Source: Hemiscyllium ocellatum (Eukaryota). From it: 64,000 nucleotides of DNA. Of the stretch, positions 23,900-37,391 are shown one piece after another. The translations under genes and the position numbers were made by a program. Below the pieces are notes generated by a model, which was not told the DNA's origin, made no database searches, and worked only from the letters and a program-made list of their open reading frames with translations. Location: contig NW_026867509.1 of the NCBI RefSeq assembly GCF_020745735.1, positions 1,054,001 to 1,118,000 on the forward strand, in the 5' to 3' direction. Every line of letters begins with the position of its first letter. Positions within the stretch are counted from its first letter, which is position 1.

Positions 23900-26890
23900 T
23901 TCATGGCATCGTTTTTGGCTCTTTGCAGAGGGAGGAGGAAAGAGGTATAGAAATGTAACAGTTACAGGAGACTAAGTCGTAAGGGAATAGATGGGCGTTT
24001 TGTGGCTGGAAACAAGAGTCTAGAATGGTGTGCTGGCTGCCTGCTGCTGAGGTGCTCCATGTCTCAGAGCAGTTGCAGGACATTCTGGAGGGGAAGGGCA
24101 AAGAGTCAGTTGTCCTGGTACGCCTTGGTATGAACAACATAGGCAAAAAACTAAGATGAGATTCCAAAAGCAGAATGTATAGAACTAGGAAAAAAATTGA
24201 AATGCAGTCCCTCAAAGTTACTCACCTCAGGATTACTACCAATGTAATGACGGAGTCAGAATCGAAATGTAGGATGTATATGATGAACACCTTGCTTAAA
24301 AGATGGTGTAAGCAGGAAGTTGCCAGATTGTCCGGGCATTGGGACTGGTTCTGGGGGAGGTGGGCCTACACAAACTAAACTGGTAACACTTGGGCAGGGC
24401 CAGGAGTGATGTTTTGGGGTTTAATTGGTTAGACTGGTTGAGAAGGGGTTAAACTCGTGTGACAAGGGAATGGGTACTGGAGGAGTAGAGCAGCAAATGG
24501 TGAAAGGAAGGGAGATGTAGAAGCATGAAAAATATGACTAATGAAAAGAACAGAAAAGGTAACGCTGGTGAAAAGACCAGGGGAGGTGGTCTGAAATCTA
24601 TATGTTTCAACGTGAGAAATATAAGTGGAAGGGATAGGCCCTGTCAAAGCAGGAAGTTGGAAGTTGTGTGTGGATTCTGTGAAGATGAGAGTGGTGCTAA
24701 ACGGTGGTGCTTCATTCAAGAACACGGCAATATTGTAGAGGAGAAGGCTGAGTTACAGGCAATTAGGCTTGAAACTGTTGAGGTTAGTAAGGAGGAGGTG
24801 TCATCAACTGTAGAAGGTGTGAAACTAGATAGGTCCCCTGCGGCTGGTGGGATTTTTCCGAGAATTCTCTGGGAAGCTAGGGGGAGATGACGGAGCCTGT
24901 AGCCTTCATTTTTGATTCGACATCATCTTCGATTCGACATCATCTTCAGGTTTCAGGCCAGACGAGTGGAGGATTGCAAATGTTGTGCACTTGTTCAAAA
25001 AGGACAGTTGAGATGACATAGCTAATCTCACACCAGTGACCCTTATTTCTGTTGTCGGAAAAGGTTTGGAAAGGTTTATAAGAGATAGGATTTATAATCA
25101 CCCTGCAGCAATAATTGGACTGGAAAGAGGCAACATAAATTCATCAAGGACAGGTTTTATCGCACAAATCTCATTGACTTATTTTGAGAAGGTGACCAAG
25201 TATGTGGATGAGGGTAGGGCAGTTGATGTGTTGTGCATGAAATTCAATAAAGCTGTTGATACGTTTCCACGTGATAGGCTGTTCGAGAAAATGTGGAGAC
25301 ATCGGGAGGAGGGTGATTTAGCAGACTGGATTAGAAACTGGCTTTCTGTAAGAAGACAACGAGTGGCGGTTGATGGAAAATATTTTGCCTGGAGTCCAGA
25401 TACTAGTGGCGCGCCTCAGGATCTGTTTTGAGACGCTTTATAAACGAATTGAACGCAGGCATAGGTGGATGAGTTAGTATGTTTTTAGATGATATTAAAG
25501 TCAGTGGAGTGGTGAGTAGTGTGGAACAATGTTGCAGGTTGCAAGGAGACTTGGATAAACTGCAGAATTGGTCTGGAAAGTGGAAAATGGAGTTCAATGC
25601 AGACAAATGTTGGGTGACTCACTTTAAGAAGAATAACAGGAAGGCAGAATACTGGTTCAATGGAAAGATTCTTGGTAGTGTGGATGTGCAGATTGGTCTT
25701 GAAAAGCAAAAGGTATTGTGTGCCTGAAAAAGCATTAAGGGAGATAGGTCCTCAGGACCTGGTGGGATATATCCCAAAATATTCAGGGAGGCAAATAAAC
25801 AACATGCTGCTGTATTGACAGACATCCTTGTATGCTCTTTTGATATAGTTTTGATCCCAGAGGACTGCAGAATAGACAATGTTGTCCCATTGTTTAAACA
25901 TAATAGCCTGGATAATTTAGGAAATTACACGCCTGCGAGCTTCACATCAGTGGTAGGGAAATTATTGGAAAACATTATCAGCTACAAGAGATTTACGTAT
26001 TCAGTACCATTTGATCTTAATTCTGAATAATAGCACGGTTTTGTGCAGAGGAGGTTGGGCCTCACGTACTTGCTTGATTATTTTTGAGAAGGTAATCAAG
26101 ATGACGAATGAGAGAAATACAGTTGATGTGGTCTACATGGACTGAATTAAAGCTTTTCTCAAGGTCCCTCATAGCAGACTGGTGCAAAAGGTAACGTCAC
26201 GTTGCAATAAGGTGAGCTGGCAAGATGGATACAGAACTGGCTTAGTCGGTGGAGACAGAGGGTAGCGGCAGAAGGTTGTTTTTCGGACGAGAGAATTGTG
26301 GCGAGTGGGGTTGCACATGAATCAATGCTCTGGCCTCTGCTGATTGCGGTCTACATAAATGACTTATAAGAAAACGTGACTGGTCTAACAAGTAAGTTTG
26401 AGGACCTTACGGAGATTGGTTGGAGTTGCAGATAGTGAAGAGGGCTGTCAGAGAATATATCAGGATATAAATCATTTGGAGGCATGGACAGCAAAAAGGC
26501 AGATGGAGTTTTATTTGGTCAGATGTGAGGCGATGAATTTTGAAAGGTCAAGTAAAGGTGGAAATTTAAAAGAGAATGACAGAACTTGCAGGAGTCTTGG
26601 CATGCTCAGGAATTTGTGTGTGCAGGTCCACAGATTACTGAAGATTGCATTTCAGGTAGATAAGTTAGCAAAAATAAAAGGCCTATGTCGTTCGAGCCTT
26701 CATTGGAAATGGCATTGAATATAAGGATAGAAAGATATGCTGCAACGTTACGGAACCTCAGTAAGGCCACGCTTGAAATCATGATAAAGTTTTGGTCTCA
26801 CACTACCGGAAAAATGAAGCCGCAGTGGAGAGGGTGCAGAAAAGGTTTACAATGATTTTTCCTGGGAAGGGGGAGTTTTAGCTAAAAGCA
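23900..26890 (+). mobile_element. Fragmented CR1-type LINEs (ORF1 esterase remnant plus two ORF2 RT fragments)
   Basis: Esterase-like remnant near 24020-24400; RT motifs VDVLCMKFNKAVD, VTSGAPQ, F.DDIK and WKMEFNADKC, with many stops. Confidence 0.8.
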
Positions 26891-27559
26891 TATTGGGACA
26901 TAAGACGAGCTTCCGGTGAGAGCTTCGTCCTGTGATGGACAGAAGTTGGAATAACCTCTCCTGCTCCTACATGTATAGTCCATTGCACTCTGATGATTAT
27001 TGATGAAATTTTATTCGATATTCATTGTAATGAAAAGTTAACTCTTTCCAAAGTACTGCCACTGATTTCACTTGTGAATGTATCTATTTCATGCTACTCC
27101 TGCACTCCGATGGCAGCCAGTTATGCTATTTTTCACTGTGTTCAGACAAAATGAACAATTTTGCGTTTGAGAATCATAAAGATATACTGCAAGGAAAGAC
27201 AACCTTTGGCCCAATTCATCCACGACAACCAGATGTCTCAAACGAATCTACTTCCACTTAAGCTATCCGATCAGTTAGCTATGAAAAACTTTTATGGCTT
27301 TTTTTTATCAACAGGTTTCACTTCTTCTATAACGAAAGAGTTATTTGGACTGTGTAGAATGTATTAGGTCCTGAGAGATGCCAAGTTACGAGTGTGACCT
27401 TTAATCTGCAGAAGCGATTTCACTAGACTCGGATATGCAGAATCCGGAATATCTCCTCTGTGACTGCATTTCAAAATAGGAATCTTATTTTCTTCAATTG
27501 TCACCAGAGGAACAAGAGGAACTCATTGGTCTTCACGGAACTTAAATGTCCGGAAGTGA

Positions 27560-29390
27560 ACTGCTGAAAAAGAATAAAAACTTTAAATGAAGGATGAAAA
27601 ATGTTCATTTCCATCCAGACTTACAGCAGATGATTCATGCCACTGAGATTTCCACTGGCAGCTCTGACTCACAAACCAGTCATCACGATGTGCAATCTGA
27701 GGACATGGGAAAGCGTTTATTGAATACTTTTTGACAGTACTTACATTGAAAAAGCGCAAGAATGGTGAAAATATAATGATACAGGATACTAGATTAGATG
27801 GGTTCGCAGTTGGCAAAGAGGTGGTTTTAGCAATTTTTGAAGATCTTAAAAAAGATAAGGCCCCTGGGCTAGATGGGATTTATTCTCAGATACTGTGGCA
27901 AGTCAGGGAGGATAAGGTAGAGCCTTTGGCTTTGATCTTTATGTCATTATTGTCAACAGGAGTATTGCCAGAAGACTGGAGGATATCAACTGTTGTTCCA
28001 TTGTTTGAGAAGGGGGGGTGATCGGTCCATCCATGGAAATTATAGGCCAGTGGGATATATTTTGGTTGTGGGTAAGGAGTTGGGAAAGTTTACAAGAGAT
28101 AGGAGTTATAATCATCTGGAAAGCAATAATTTGACTAACGACAGTCAACGGGGTTCTCTGAAGTGTAGGTTGCACCAAACAAACCTTACAAAGTTCTTAA
28201 AACGGTGACAAAGAACGTGGATGAAGCGGTTGATGTGGTGTATATGGACTTAAGTAAGGCGTTTGATAAGATTCCACATGGTAGGCTACTGCACAAGTAC
28301 GGACTTTCGGGACTGATGTTGATTCAGAGATTTGGATCAGGCATTGGCGAGCTGAAAGAAGACAGAAGGTGGTAGTTGATGCAAAATGTTTATCCTGCAC
28401 CTCAGTTACCAGTGGTGTACTGCAAGGATCTGGTTTGGGTCAATGCTGTTTGTCATTTTTAGAAATGATCTGGATGTGGGCGTAGAAGCATGACACTAAG
28501 GTAGGCAAAGTCGTGGGTAGTGTCCAAGGATATTGTGGGTTGCAGAGGGACACAGGGAAGATGCAGAGCTGGACTGAGAAGTGGTAAATGGAATATAATG
28601 CGAAAGGATGTGGAGTTGTTCACTTCAGAAAGCGTAACAGGAATGGAAAGTACTGGACTAATAGTCAAACTCTTTGCAGTGTCGATGCGCAGAGGGTTCT
28701 CGGTATCCAAGTGCATAAATCCCTGCAAGTTGTGATCCAGGTTGTTCGGGTTGTTAAGAAGGCATATGGTGTGTTGGTGTTTATTGGTAAGGAAACTGAG
28801 CTTCGGGGCCACGAGGTCATGATTCAGCTATTCAAGACACTGGTAAGGTTGCACCTGGAATATTGTGTACAGTTCTGGTCACCGCATTATAAGAAGGACG
28901 TGAAAGCTTTGGAAAAGGTTCAGAGGAGATTTACTAGGATGTTGCCTGGTATGGAAGGAAGGTCTTACGAGGAAGGCCTGAGCGAACTGAGGCTGATTTC
29001 GTTGGAGACAAAAAGGTTGAGAGGTGAATTAGTCGGGATATTCAAGATAATCAGAGGCTAAGATAAGTTGGACAGTGAGAGCCTATTTCCTCGGATGGTG
29101 AAGGCGAAAACAAGGTTACATGGCTTTAAATTGAGGGGTGATAGATTTAGGACTGATATCAGGAGCAGTTTCTTTACTCAGAGATTAGAAGGGGCGTGGA
29201 AAGGCCTGCCTGCAACAGTAGTTAATATTGCAGATATTAAGGGAATTTACATGGCATTGAACATGCATGTGGATAATAATGGAAAGGTGTAGGTTTGATG
29301 GGCATTAGATTAATTTCACGTGTGGGTGCAGAATCGAAGGTCGAAAGGCCTGTACTGCGCTATAACTTTCTGTGTTCTATATTCTGTATG
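27560..29390 (+). mobile_element. CR1-type LINE ORF2 3' part, degenerate
   Basis: KAPGLDGIY, EDWRISTVVPLF and YCVQFWSPHYKKDVKALEKVQRRFTRMLPG. Confidence 0.9.
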
Positions 29391-29920
29391 TTTTTGATTG
29401 GTTGTTATTGTTCAGATGTATTTTAGAACCCGCTTTCTTATTGATATGCTGACATAGTCTGCATGATACTGTATCGCCGATCCTCTAGTTCACCTTTCTG
29501 GAGTTGCAAATATGGAAGTATGGGGCAGTATTGAGTAACCTGCAATTTCGTTGACGTTGTTCTCGTTGCACGACTGTTTGTGAGAAATATGTGACAGGTT
29601 ATTGTCTGTCAAACGAGTTCTACAATTCCTTATGTCGCTAAAGGATTCTCTTTCACCTAAACTAGTCCCTGCATTTTCGACACCACAACGTCACTGAAGC
29701 ATTGAAATAGCTTGAGACATATCAAAAGGCACAAAATACATTATTTGTATATCATTTGTTGAACTAACGACGTTAGCTCATTTTAATAGGAAGTTATTAA
29801 TAATTAAAGCTTTGTCTTCGAATGAGATAGATGATGTCACCATGAATTCGGGTACCACCGCAGATTTGCCCTTCATCTCATTGTTTCTTTGACATGCTAT
29901 CATGTTCAGTGGCCATCTGA

Positions 29921-30400
29921 CAGTTTTGTACTGGGTCGACCGTGTTCTGAGTGTCTGTGGGGCTCAGTGCACAGTAATAAACCGTGATTCTGTCAATTCC
30001 GTTTTCAACACATTCAGCTGGATAGTGCGGTTCACATGATCAAACTGACAGAAAATGCCGGATTTTCAAACGTGTGTCTGTGGTCTTGATGTAATGGTTT
30101 CTCTTCATGAGATATTCCATGATGCAGCTGGAATGCTGCCAGAACCAGAACAGTTAAGGATCGCTGCTTGGTGCAGCTGTACGATTGTAGAATTACAGGA
30201 CATCATCTCCCACATTCAAAGTGATTGCAGCTGGTCATTGTAAGACAGAATCTGCGCGACAAAACACAGTAAGAATGGGGGGTGAGACTAAATTTAAATA
30301 GTTACTTAAATATTCTTATCGGCCAGAATCAACCGGTTCATCTTGAACTATAAACAGAGAAATAATTGATAGGGAAGTTGAACAAGAATCTGTTTCATTC
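29921..30400 (-). pseudogene. Decayed TCR alpha/delta-type V pseudogene, related to the 13.6-kb V, retaining a 23-RSS
   Basis: Fragments DSVLQ*PAAITLNVGD, FDHVNRTIQLNVLKTELT and VYYCALS with stops and frameshifts. RSS is CACAGAC (29959-29953) + 23 + ACAAAACTG. The leader donor appears mutated from GT to AT. Confidence 0.85.
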
Positions 30401-32531
30401 AATACTGCGACTGGAAGCAGCAAGGACTTTGACAGATGAAATAAAAAGTTCTTCAAAACACAGGCCACACCTTTAATAAGGTAATTCCCCATTCCTCTCC
30501 CAAGGGGACAACGGGAATTAGTCGGTTATTTTAAAAGTCCGGCCTTTGTCAAGTCGTTTCAATCGCCTCAATCCTGTCTGGATTCCCAGTCGAACTCTTT
30601 TACGACTTTTTTTTTACCAAGTACAGTTGCTAATTGATGCCGACCTTTGCTCAGTGTTGGGACAAGTTTCGATCCAGATGATTTTCATCTGTGGAGAATG
30701 TGTTGTTGTCTCTGTGTTGCCAGAACTGCTAGCATCTATTTAGTCCAGGTAAATTGTAGCTGCTTTATTCTCAAATTGCACGACTTTCCAGCTCCGGTGA
30801 GCCTCACTTCATGTCATGATCTTTGTGAAAAAAGGAACAAAATACTGAAAAACAGTCACTGGAACTGAAACGTTGATTCAGATACTGCCAAACTGGGTGA
30901 GTTTCTCCCGGTGTTTCGCTTTTGTTTCAGATATCCAGTAACTGCAGTTCCTTATATTTTATTTTAAGAAACAAACTCAGTTTGTTCATCTGACAACTCC
31001 GTGATGGACAAAGTCGAAACAAAATATCACCCCATCACGGTTATGATTTCCGTAGGCAACACCAGAAAAGGGAAGTATTGCATGTTCTTTAACTATCAGA
31101 ACTGGAGTTCCCCGGTTAACAGAGCTTCTCTCTGACGATGACAGTTCCCTGCAGCTGATGTGGGAGGACTGTGGGTCTGAGCGATTTGGAATAAAATAAT
31201 CAGGTAAATAGAGATAATTTTTAATGAATGTGACGGTAGAATCGAATGTGTTTTCTCTGCATTTGCTGGCAAGAGCCATTGGCTGTCATGGTAATTCAGT
31301 GGTTGCAAGGCTGTCGCACTGCACTGGGGAAATAGGTTCTATTCCACTTTCTGGTGAACATCTTCATTGTGTATACAAATTTTTGCTGCGCTCCAGGTAT
31401 CCGCACACAGTTCAATCATGTGCAGGCTATGTCGATTAGCTGTGTGCAATGTGTGGTCCCTGGATTGCGATAGAATAGGGTTCATGCTTTTCAGTGGGTC
31501 AGTTTGGTTTCAATGGGCTGCATGGCCTACTACCATATTGTCGACATTGTACATTGTCAAAAGTTGGTTTTGTTTATCTTCACCTTTCATAATCGCATAT
31601 GTAACTTATGCACTTATATCAGATGCAGCGTGTCAAAAAGATGGCTCACCAACCTATTGCCATGTTATAGACAATGTTTGCACAAACTTAAGCAATTAAT
31701 CCAGGTTTTGCTGTTTGCATTGCTGTTTATGCTGGTGAGTCAAAGTGACATTGTCGAATGGGTCAGGCCCAATCCTAATGGCTATTGCAAGGGATCATAT
31801 TTTATTTTTTTCCATCACATTATCTCTATTGTTGTTACTTTATAACGGAAGTGCCTCTAATTACCAGTGCTTTTGATACGATATTCCAAATCAAAATAAA
31901 AGTTGCTGCTTCACCTGTTGACGTATTTAACAAATATAGCAAACCCCAGCCCACAATTCTAGCTTTCTGAATCCTGAAACAGAAATCAAAAGGTTGAAGA
32001 CCTGTCTGCACTTCTCGATTAGCAGGACAAGCGAATCGTTTTTGCGTATTTCCACCGTCAAAAATGTGCATCTGATATAAACATAATTTCAAATTTGTCC
32101 GTGATTTGTTCACATTAAGGCATAAAACATGACAACCCTGATGAACAGACCAAGCAAATGAACCAATCTGACTTGTCACATCAAAAAAGTACATGAAAAA
32201 TAAAACTGACAGAAGCATCACTTTCAGGTTTAATTTTGTGGCGAATGAAACGAAAGGGAGACATAAAACCATGGTTTATGAGGATGAGCGCATCAGAAGT
32301 TTATGGAGCCAATTCGTCCATGTAATTGATGGCAGCAGCTGCATTGCTATTTGTCAAAATGGAAGGCTTCAAAACCGGAGTTAATTGGCTGTTGGCAGAA
32401 CTGTAAATGAGCTGAATGATCCAACTTAATTGTTTCTCTAGAGACACCAAGATGGAACATATGTGCGACTCTGTGCATTTTTCAGAGCTCAGTTCTTTCC
32501 GATTGCTTTAGTTTCTGGAGGAAAAATAACA

Positions 32532-35238
32532 ATGCACGAGCCAGCGAAAGGATTCTTCTTTGGAATTGCTTACCCCATTGTCGCTGCTATTGGTGTCCCT
32601 GGTAAATAATTGATGACAAAAAGACAATGTTATTTTCTGTTCTATAAATCTTTGGAAACATTGCTTTTCAGGTCCGGGCTGAATTTATTTGCAGAACTCG
32701 ACATTTTCTGAGATTGAGATATATCAACTAGGCAGCAATATCTTAAGCTGCCACTTTATATACACCTTTAAAATATGTAGCTCAATTTGTTGCATGGCAC
32801 TGTCACAAGTATGTCATGTATTTGCGTGCTGGAATATGAATTTTAACGTATGACATTGCGTGAACATCAGTCTGTTATTTTGCTGAATATTAGTTTCTGC
32901 AATGATGTTACACACAACTCAAACAACTACTTAGTGACATGTGAGTGACTGTGTGTCATGGTGTAAATAGTTCGATTTTCGAATACACATCATATGGCAT
33001 CATTATAAGTAATTCATATCATACAATGATCACGTTAAGGGCATTCTAACTTCGAAAAATACGTTCAGTTATTATAAAAATCAATGGTGAGACTTTCGTG
33101 AAACAAATAATAGTTATGCTGCAGTGAGTTCCCTTTAAATAGTCCATATTTTATATGTGATTTTAAATAAGACCTGGACACATTTGCAAAGGGCGAGGAG
33201 AGAAAAAATTGCAATAATCTGTGACGAAAATTGTCTGATGCTGATAGATTTTGTGCATTTTCATTCTGTTTTTTTGTGTGTATCCTCATATGTTAATGAT
33301 AATGCAATATGGCTGTCTCAATTTCCGTTTAGCACTGGACAAGATGGAGTTGTACATGTTCTTCCAGCCATCGCATTATGTCAAGATTGATTGATTCGCA
33401 GGAGCGTGGACATTAGGAAATTCTGTTGAAAGGTGGAAGGAATAGTAGTGTAAGCAACAATATGTTTATCAAAGAGATAGATTATTAGAAGCATTCTTAA
33501 GAAAGAAGAGTAGAAATACACTTCCAGGGAGAGACTTCCAGGGATTAGATGCTCGACAACTATAGATTGAGTGAGACAGATGACATGCTTCAGGGATGCA
33601 CAACAGAGCAAAATTCGAGGCACGTGGTGATGACAGATGTTTATGAATTCTAAATAGATGCAAGTGGCAATTACTGACCTAATAAACATTAAGATGAGAT
33701 GAAGGAACGTGAAATGGCCAGACCATGGTAAGGCAATATGCTAGGGACAAGGGATGAACTGTATACTAAGCGAATGTGCGGGACCAGTGTTCCATTCCAT
33801 CCTTGTCTGTATGAATTTTTCATATGCTTCCTGCGTATGCAAAGGTGCCTGCTGCTTGGTCAGGATTCTTCCCATAGTACAAGATATCCAGATAAGATGA
33901 ATTGGCAGAGCTAAATTGTGCCATTGTGCACAGGTGATATGCAGTTAGATGGGCTATCTATGATAAACACATGATTACTGGGGCATAGTGGGGATAGATG
34001 GGATGCCCTTCAGAGATTAAATATTCGAACCGCAAATGACTTCTTTCCACACATTAGGAATTCTCTCTTTCTGCAACCTTTGAATGAATAGGTGGATATT
34101 ACCTGAAGGAAGAAATTGTGGTGATACAGATTTTAGTAGTCCCTGTATTGACAAATGATTTATCCAGCAGTGACACTATACTTTTAGAAGAGTCATTATC
34201 TCAGAGTGATGAATGAATGTTTGAGATGATAGCAATAACAGGATGGACGAGACAATGGCCGGCATTTGAAATTAGCATAGTAACAACTCTCTCTTTTGAC
34301 CACTTGCAGCCAACTTGGTGACAATCATAATCCTATCCCGAGGACGATGCGGACTCTCACGTTGTGTCACCAACTATCTGATGGCGATAGCTTTCGCTGA
34401 TTTCCTTGTTATTTTCACCGGGTGCATTCTGAACAGGATTGGTCGCATTTATCTTAGGTACACAATCCTATCTGCTTTTCCAGTGTGTGCGTTTAGTGCA
34501 GTTTTGGTCTACATCAGCCGTGATGGATCAGTCTGGCTGACAGTAGCCTTCACCATTGATCGTTTTGTGGCCATCGCCTGCCCGAGTCTGAGTACCAGAT
34601 ACTGCACTGAGAAAACTGCATTGCTCGTCTTAGGCGTGATCTGCTCCTTGTTCTGCAGCAAGAACATTCCTCTGTACTTTGTCACTCAACCCTTGGTTAG
34701 ACTGGAAGGGATGCCTTGGTTCTGTGTCATCAAGCCGATGTTCTACACTTCACCTGCTTGGCAGGCCTACCGCTACCTTGACCGTGTCTTGACTCCACTT
34801 CTTCCATTCTTTCTCATTCTACTGCTTAACGCCCTCACTGTTAGACATATTTTAGTGGTCAATGCGGCACGCAGAAGGCTCCGTGGCTCTCTGAACGGTG
34901 AAGATCACGAGGTGGCCAAACGCAAGAGGTCCATTGTTCTGCTGTACGCCATCTCCATCAGCTTTCTACTCCTGTGGGGCACATATGTCGGAAGATTTCT
35001 CTACATTCAGGTTACAGGACAGGACTACTTTGGTGGACTAGATTTCAATAACCCACAATACATACTCTCAGAGATGACAAATATGCTCCAGTTACTCAGT
35101 TCCTGCAACAACGTCTTCATCTATGCGATATCTCAGAATAAATTCCGAGAGGAAATGAAGAAGGTGCTCATGTGTCCTCTTGTCTTAATCACCAGTTGGT
35201 TTAAACGTCGAAAAATGCAACAGAAAATCATCACATAA
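32532..35238 (+). CDS. Intact two-exon class A GPCR, GPR139/GPR142-like, 332 aa (exon 1 32532-32601, exon 2 34310-35238)
   Basis: Phase-1 GT/AG splice gives MHEPAKGFFFGIAYPIVAAIGVP-ANLVTIIILSR...; hydrophobic helices, TM3 DRF, TM7 NVFIY, no internal stop. Family label is from recall of shark GPCR expansions. Confidence 0.85.
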
Positions 35239-37391
35239 GTTCTCTTACAGCATTGTCTCTCAGAATGTTTTGCTGCATTACAATGTTGGATATTTTAGCT
35301 TCTGAACTCGTGAAATCTAAGACTCTCTCTTGTACCAATAATGATAGAATACAGAACAATTGAAGATGCTGAATTTCTGGGTGGTGTGGAAAATCAAAGT
35401 CTGCATCTTCGGTCACTATTACGGAATTCTGAGAGGGGAGCAAGAAATTGTTTATGAAATTGCCCCAGCCATGAGGAACACCAGTAATATCTAAAGATCG
35501 ATGAGTGTGTGCCTACTTGCTTCGGAAATGAAAAGTTTGAATGCAGATGAGGTCGAGCTATTTAAGATCACTTGGAGTCTGAACAGACTGGAGGAGGTAA
35601 TAGTTGCAGTTGGATGCAAGGATTGACATGCAGACAATGTACACACTTCAGGAATCTGGGAGACGGAAGAACAATGACACAATCAAGTTGATCAACACAG
35701 CACAAATTTAGAATTTGTCGGAATCTAACTGAGAATTTGTCGGAGGCAGAATCTAAAGAGACTTTTGAAGTGAAGGACTTGCATTTCTGAACAGCAGAAA
35801 TGGTTCTGTTCTATGAAAGTCGACTGGCCCCTGGTGAATTGCTCTTTTAGAAGACATTTACAATAGCCGAATAGGCTCCCTTTTGCGTTTTAATATTTCT
35901 ATGATGTCGTTACTAATCTTAGGACAACGAAGTTAAATCAACTTTACATAGCATTTCCATGACGAAAGTATGTCTTGCTGATGGTAGTGAAATCTAGATT
36001 ATGTACATGGCATGAATCTGGTGCTGTTTAAAAATGTAACTGCACTGGACCCAGTCTCTGTTTGTATGACATTAAATGAAACCATGTACTCAGTCATACT
36101 ACATCAAGTGATACCTTTGATTGTATTGCAGCAGATCATGTTTCAATTTAGTCTCTATGCTTGCCCAGTTACTGAATCGGAACGTATGTCATGGGCTCGC
36201 ATATTTGTCCATTCCAGCATGCTGCAATAATCAACAGGACAATGTCCGGTAAAGCTTTTCTCTCGTTTCCAGCTGTCTGTGTGCACCACGTACACTTTGG
36301 ATTCCATGTAATCATTAAAATCTGTCTAAAGCAGAATTGCATAAATTTAAAGCTTCCACCTGAAGTATCTTGTTGGCAAAATGTTTTTACAGAGATGGAC
36401 CTATACGGGATGCACAAGTCATTTCTTAAGCAATTTAAAAACGTGGTGGTTGGTTTACTTGATATTTTACACACCCTCAAGCTTTTTTTCCCATTCGTTT
36501 GAAACTGTGAAGCGTTTTGCTGGACCTATTTCAGTACATCCGTCGACTTTTGGATTTCTCCATGAGTATCTGTGTTCCACATCAGGATTGTCACAAAGTT
36601 GGGTTTGATTTGTAATCTAAAATTCAGAGAGACATATGATTGTGCTGAGATTTCCTCTGGATTTTGTGAACAAAATTCGAAGGTGAACTCTTCTGACTGA
36701 TTTTTCGAATTAATCGCTCAGGCTAATATTCTACAGGCAAAGCGGCAGGCGGAATGAAAATTCAGTTTGTACGTAATCTGAAATTAACTAGTTCCTTTAA
36801 TTGTGAGCGTGACACGGAAATCAACTGGTATGTTTTTAAAAAAAGACAAGTTTTGATATCGGTTGGATAATGCAGGTTCATAATGTTTCTAGGTGTGCAT
36901 GTACCCCGAGACCTGATGAACCGTTTGACTCTTCATTGACCTCTGCATATATTTTACAATGCAGCCAATTCAAGAATCAATTAGGAAAGGGCAAAAACTT
37001 TTGGCTTTACCAGTGACAACAGCTGGGGTTTTCTGGAAAATGGATTTTCTTTGGAATTTCCTCATGAACTACTCATACCAGTTGAAACTGTTGAAAACTC
37101 ACAGACTCTGCAATATATTGCTTCTCGCAGAGACGAGTAGACAATTAGGTTTGAAATATTTCACACTTCACTTGTTTGTTATAACACAAAACTTCAATTA
37201 TTAGAAATATTTTCTTTCAATGGACTAACGCTGCTAGTTTAGGGAATGAATACAGGACTTATTTCGTGCATTTTGAGATGGCGAAATGTGATTTACTGTG
37301 AAACCAATGAGGTGCTGTAGAAAATTCCACAACCACTTCCGTAATAGTAAAGTATTTCGATGAAGCATGGAACAAGAGTACTCATTTGAGA

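Noticed and set aside
24914-24947. 17-bp perfect tandem duplication (a similar one lies at ~21052-21098)
   Set aside because: Inside decayed LINEs; ordinary slippage.
36012-36608. Cluster of overlapping 70-100 aa ORFs, including a CPVDYC word on the - strand
   Set aside because: No coherent frame, splice structure or recognisable domain by eye; a tBLASTx search would be needed.
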